Position numbers and translations under genes: made by a program
DNA from: Octopus sinensis
Taxonomy: Eukaryota
Reading direction: 5' to 3'
DNA: 64,000 nt
NCBI RefSeq assembly: GCF_006345805.1
Contig: NC_042998.1
Span: 184,202,001-184,266,000 of the forward strand
Notes under the pieces: model-generated
Told to the model about the DNA's origin: nothing
What the model saw: the letters and a program-made list of their open reading frames with translations, nothing else
Database searches by the model: none
Shown: positions 63,411 through 64,000 of the stretch, one piece after another
Numbering within the stretch: the first letter of the stretch is position 1
Layout of the letters: each line of letters begins with the position of its first letter

Positions 63411-63494
63411 ATAGCCATTGTTTTATTAGCAAGAACTCAAGTCAAATTCATGAGATATAAAAAAGCAGCAGTTAAACCACCTACACAGCTTTGA
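63411..63494 (+). CDS. Tetraspanin exon 7 (TM4 end, cytoplasmic tail, stop)
   Basis: ttttttctttgcag|ATAGCC; IAIVLLARTQVKFMRYKKAAVKPPTQL*, TGA at 63492-63494. Confidence 0.9.
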   Translation: MAIVLLARTQVKFMRYKKAAVKPPTQL

Positions 63495-63638
63495 TATACG
63501 CTTGGAAAACCAAATAATTAGTAACAAATTAAAAAGCAAGTGATATCATGAGGGCACAAACACTGAACCCCATTTGCATGTTCTGTGTGAAGACAATAAG
63601 AAAGGGGAATATTTAGGAACAAGGATATTGAAGTAATT

Positions 63639-63644
63639 AATAAA
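63639..63644 (+). terminator. Candidate polyadenylation signal for the tetraspanin mRNA
   Basis: First AATAAA after the stop, 145 nt downstream. The region is AT-rich so chance occurrence is possible. Confidence 0.35.
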
Positions 63645-63894
63645 AAGCAGCAAAACATTTTCTGTCACCAAGTAATTAATATTAATTACAAATCTTCCAA
63701 AAATTTTGTTTGAAATTGGTGTTCATTTTTCCATTTACTGTAACAACTAATTCTAAAAACCTTACAGAGAGAAGAAGGAAAACTGAAGTCAATGCTTGAA
63801 TTTATTTCAAAGTGATGTATAATTTATTTTAAAAACAAATATGTGATATTGTCTAGGGAGAACGTAATGGAAAAATTGCGAATGATTTTCATCA

Positions 63895-63975
63895 ATAATA
63901 TAATATAATATAATATAATATAATATAATATAATATAATATAATATATATATAATATAATATGATATAATATAAT
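63895..63975. repeat. (TAATA)n microsatellite
   Basis: Direct reading. Confidence 0.9.
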
Positions 63976-64000
63976 AGGTTCTACACACATAGCGAGTCCT

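Larger units (their letters stand above)
12596..63494 (+). other. Gene model: TspanC8-subfamily tetraspanin (TSPAN33/TSPAN15/TSPAN5-like), 7 visible coding exons, 311 aa from ATG 12757 (longer if an upstream coding exon exists)
   Basis: Hand-spliced exons join in frame: TM1 (KYILFALNLFSW|VVAVIAIVI), TM2 (DPAIVLFIV..FGCIG), TM3 (FYIMLGFMIIIELIFG), EC2 with CCG...YFNCS..NPSSERCAVPMSCC...MCG...YTQGC (8 Cys), TM4, short tail and TGA. All junctions are AG/GT. Eight EC2 cysteines define TspanC8 (established). The exact orthologue cannot be decided by eye. Confidence 0.93.

Overview
This is AT-rich, microsatellite- and SINE-dense animal genomic DNA. The repeat families look like those of Octopus or another coleoid cephalopod (inference, no database search possible). 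The only intact gene I can support is a + strand TspanC8-subfamily tetraspanin (TSPAN33/15/5-like; the subfamily is known to regulate ADAM10). It has 7 visible coding exons: 12596-12930, 34532-34720, 36744-36932, 45723-45857, 57977-58024, 62156-62272 and 63411-63494. All have GT-AG boundaries, all six introns are phase 0, and EC2 has 8 cysteines; the true 5' end is unresolved. The introns hold most of the unusual material: (1) a 355-nt-period, terminally redundant, TSD-flanked element carrying a type I hammerhead ribozyme with a palindromic stem III (retrozyme/circRNA-like); (2) a decayed processed SKP2 retrocopy split by a Helitron-like element; (3) two Helitron-like elements that unexpectedly appear flanked by short direct repeats; (4) a SINE inserted at the exon-6 splice acceptor, with the acceptor rebuilt by the target-site duplication; (5) a Ty3/Gypsy relic with LTR, PBS, an internal inversion and a templated insertion. 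Also present are Tc1, mariner, piggyBac-like MITEs, RTE LINE fragments, a solo LTR, foldback elements and degenerate minisatellites. Most ORFs in the supplied track are microsatellite or SINE artefacts. SINE and LINE boundaries are approximate.
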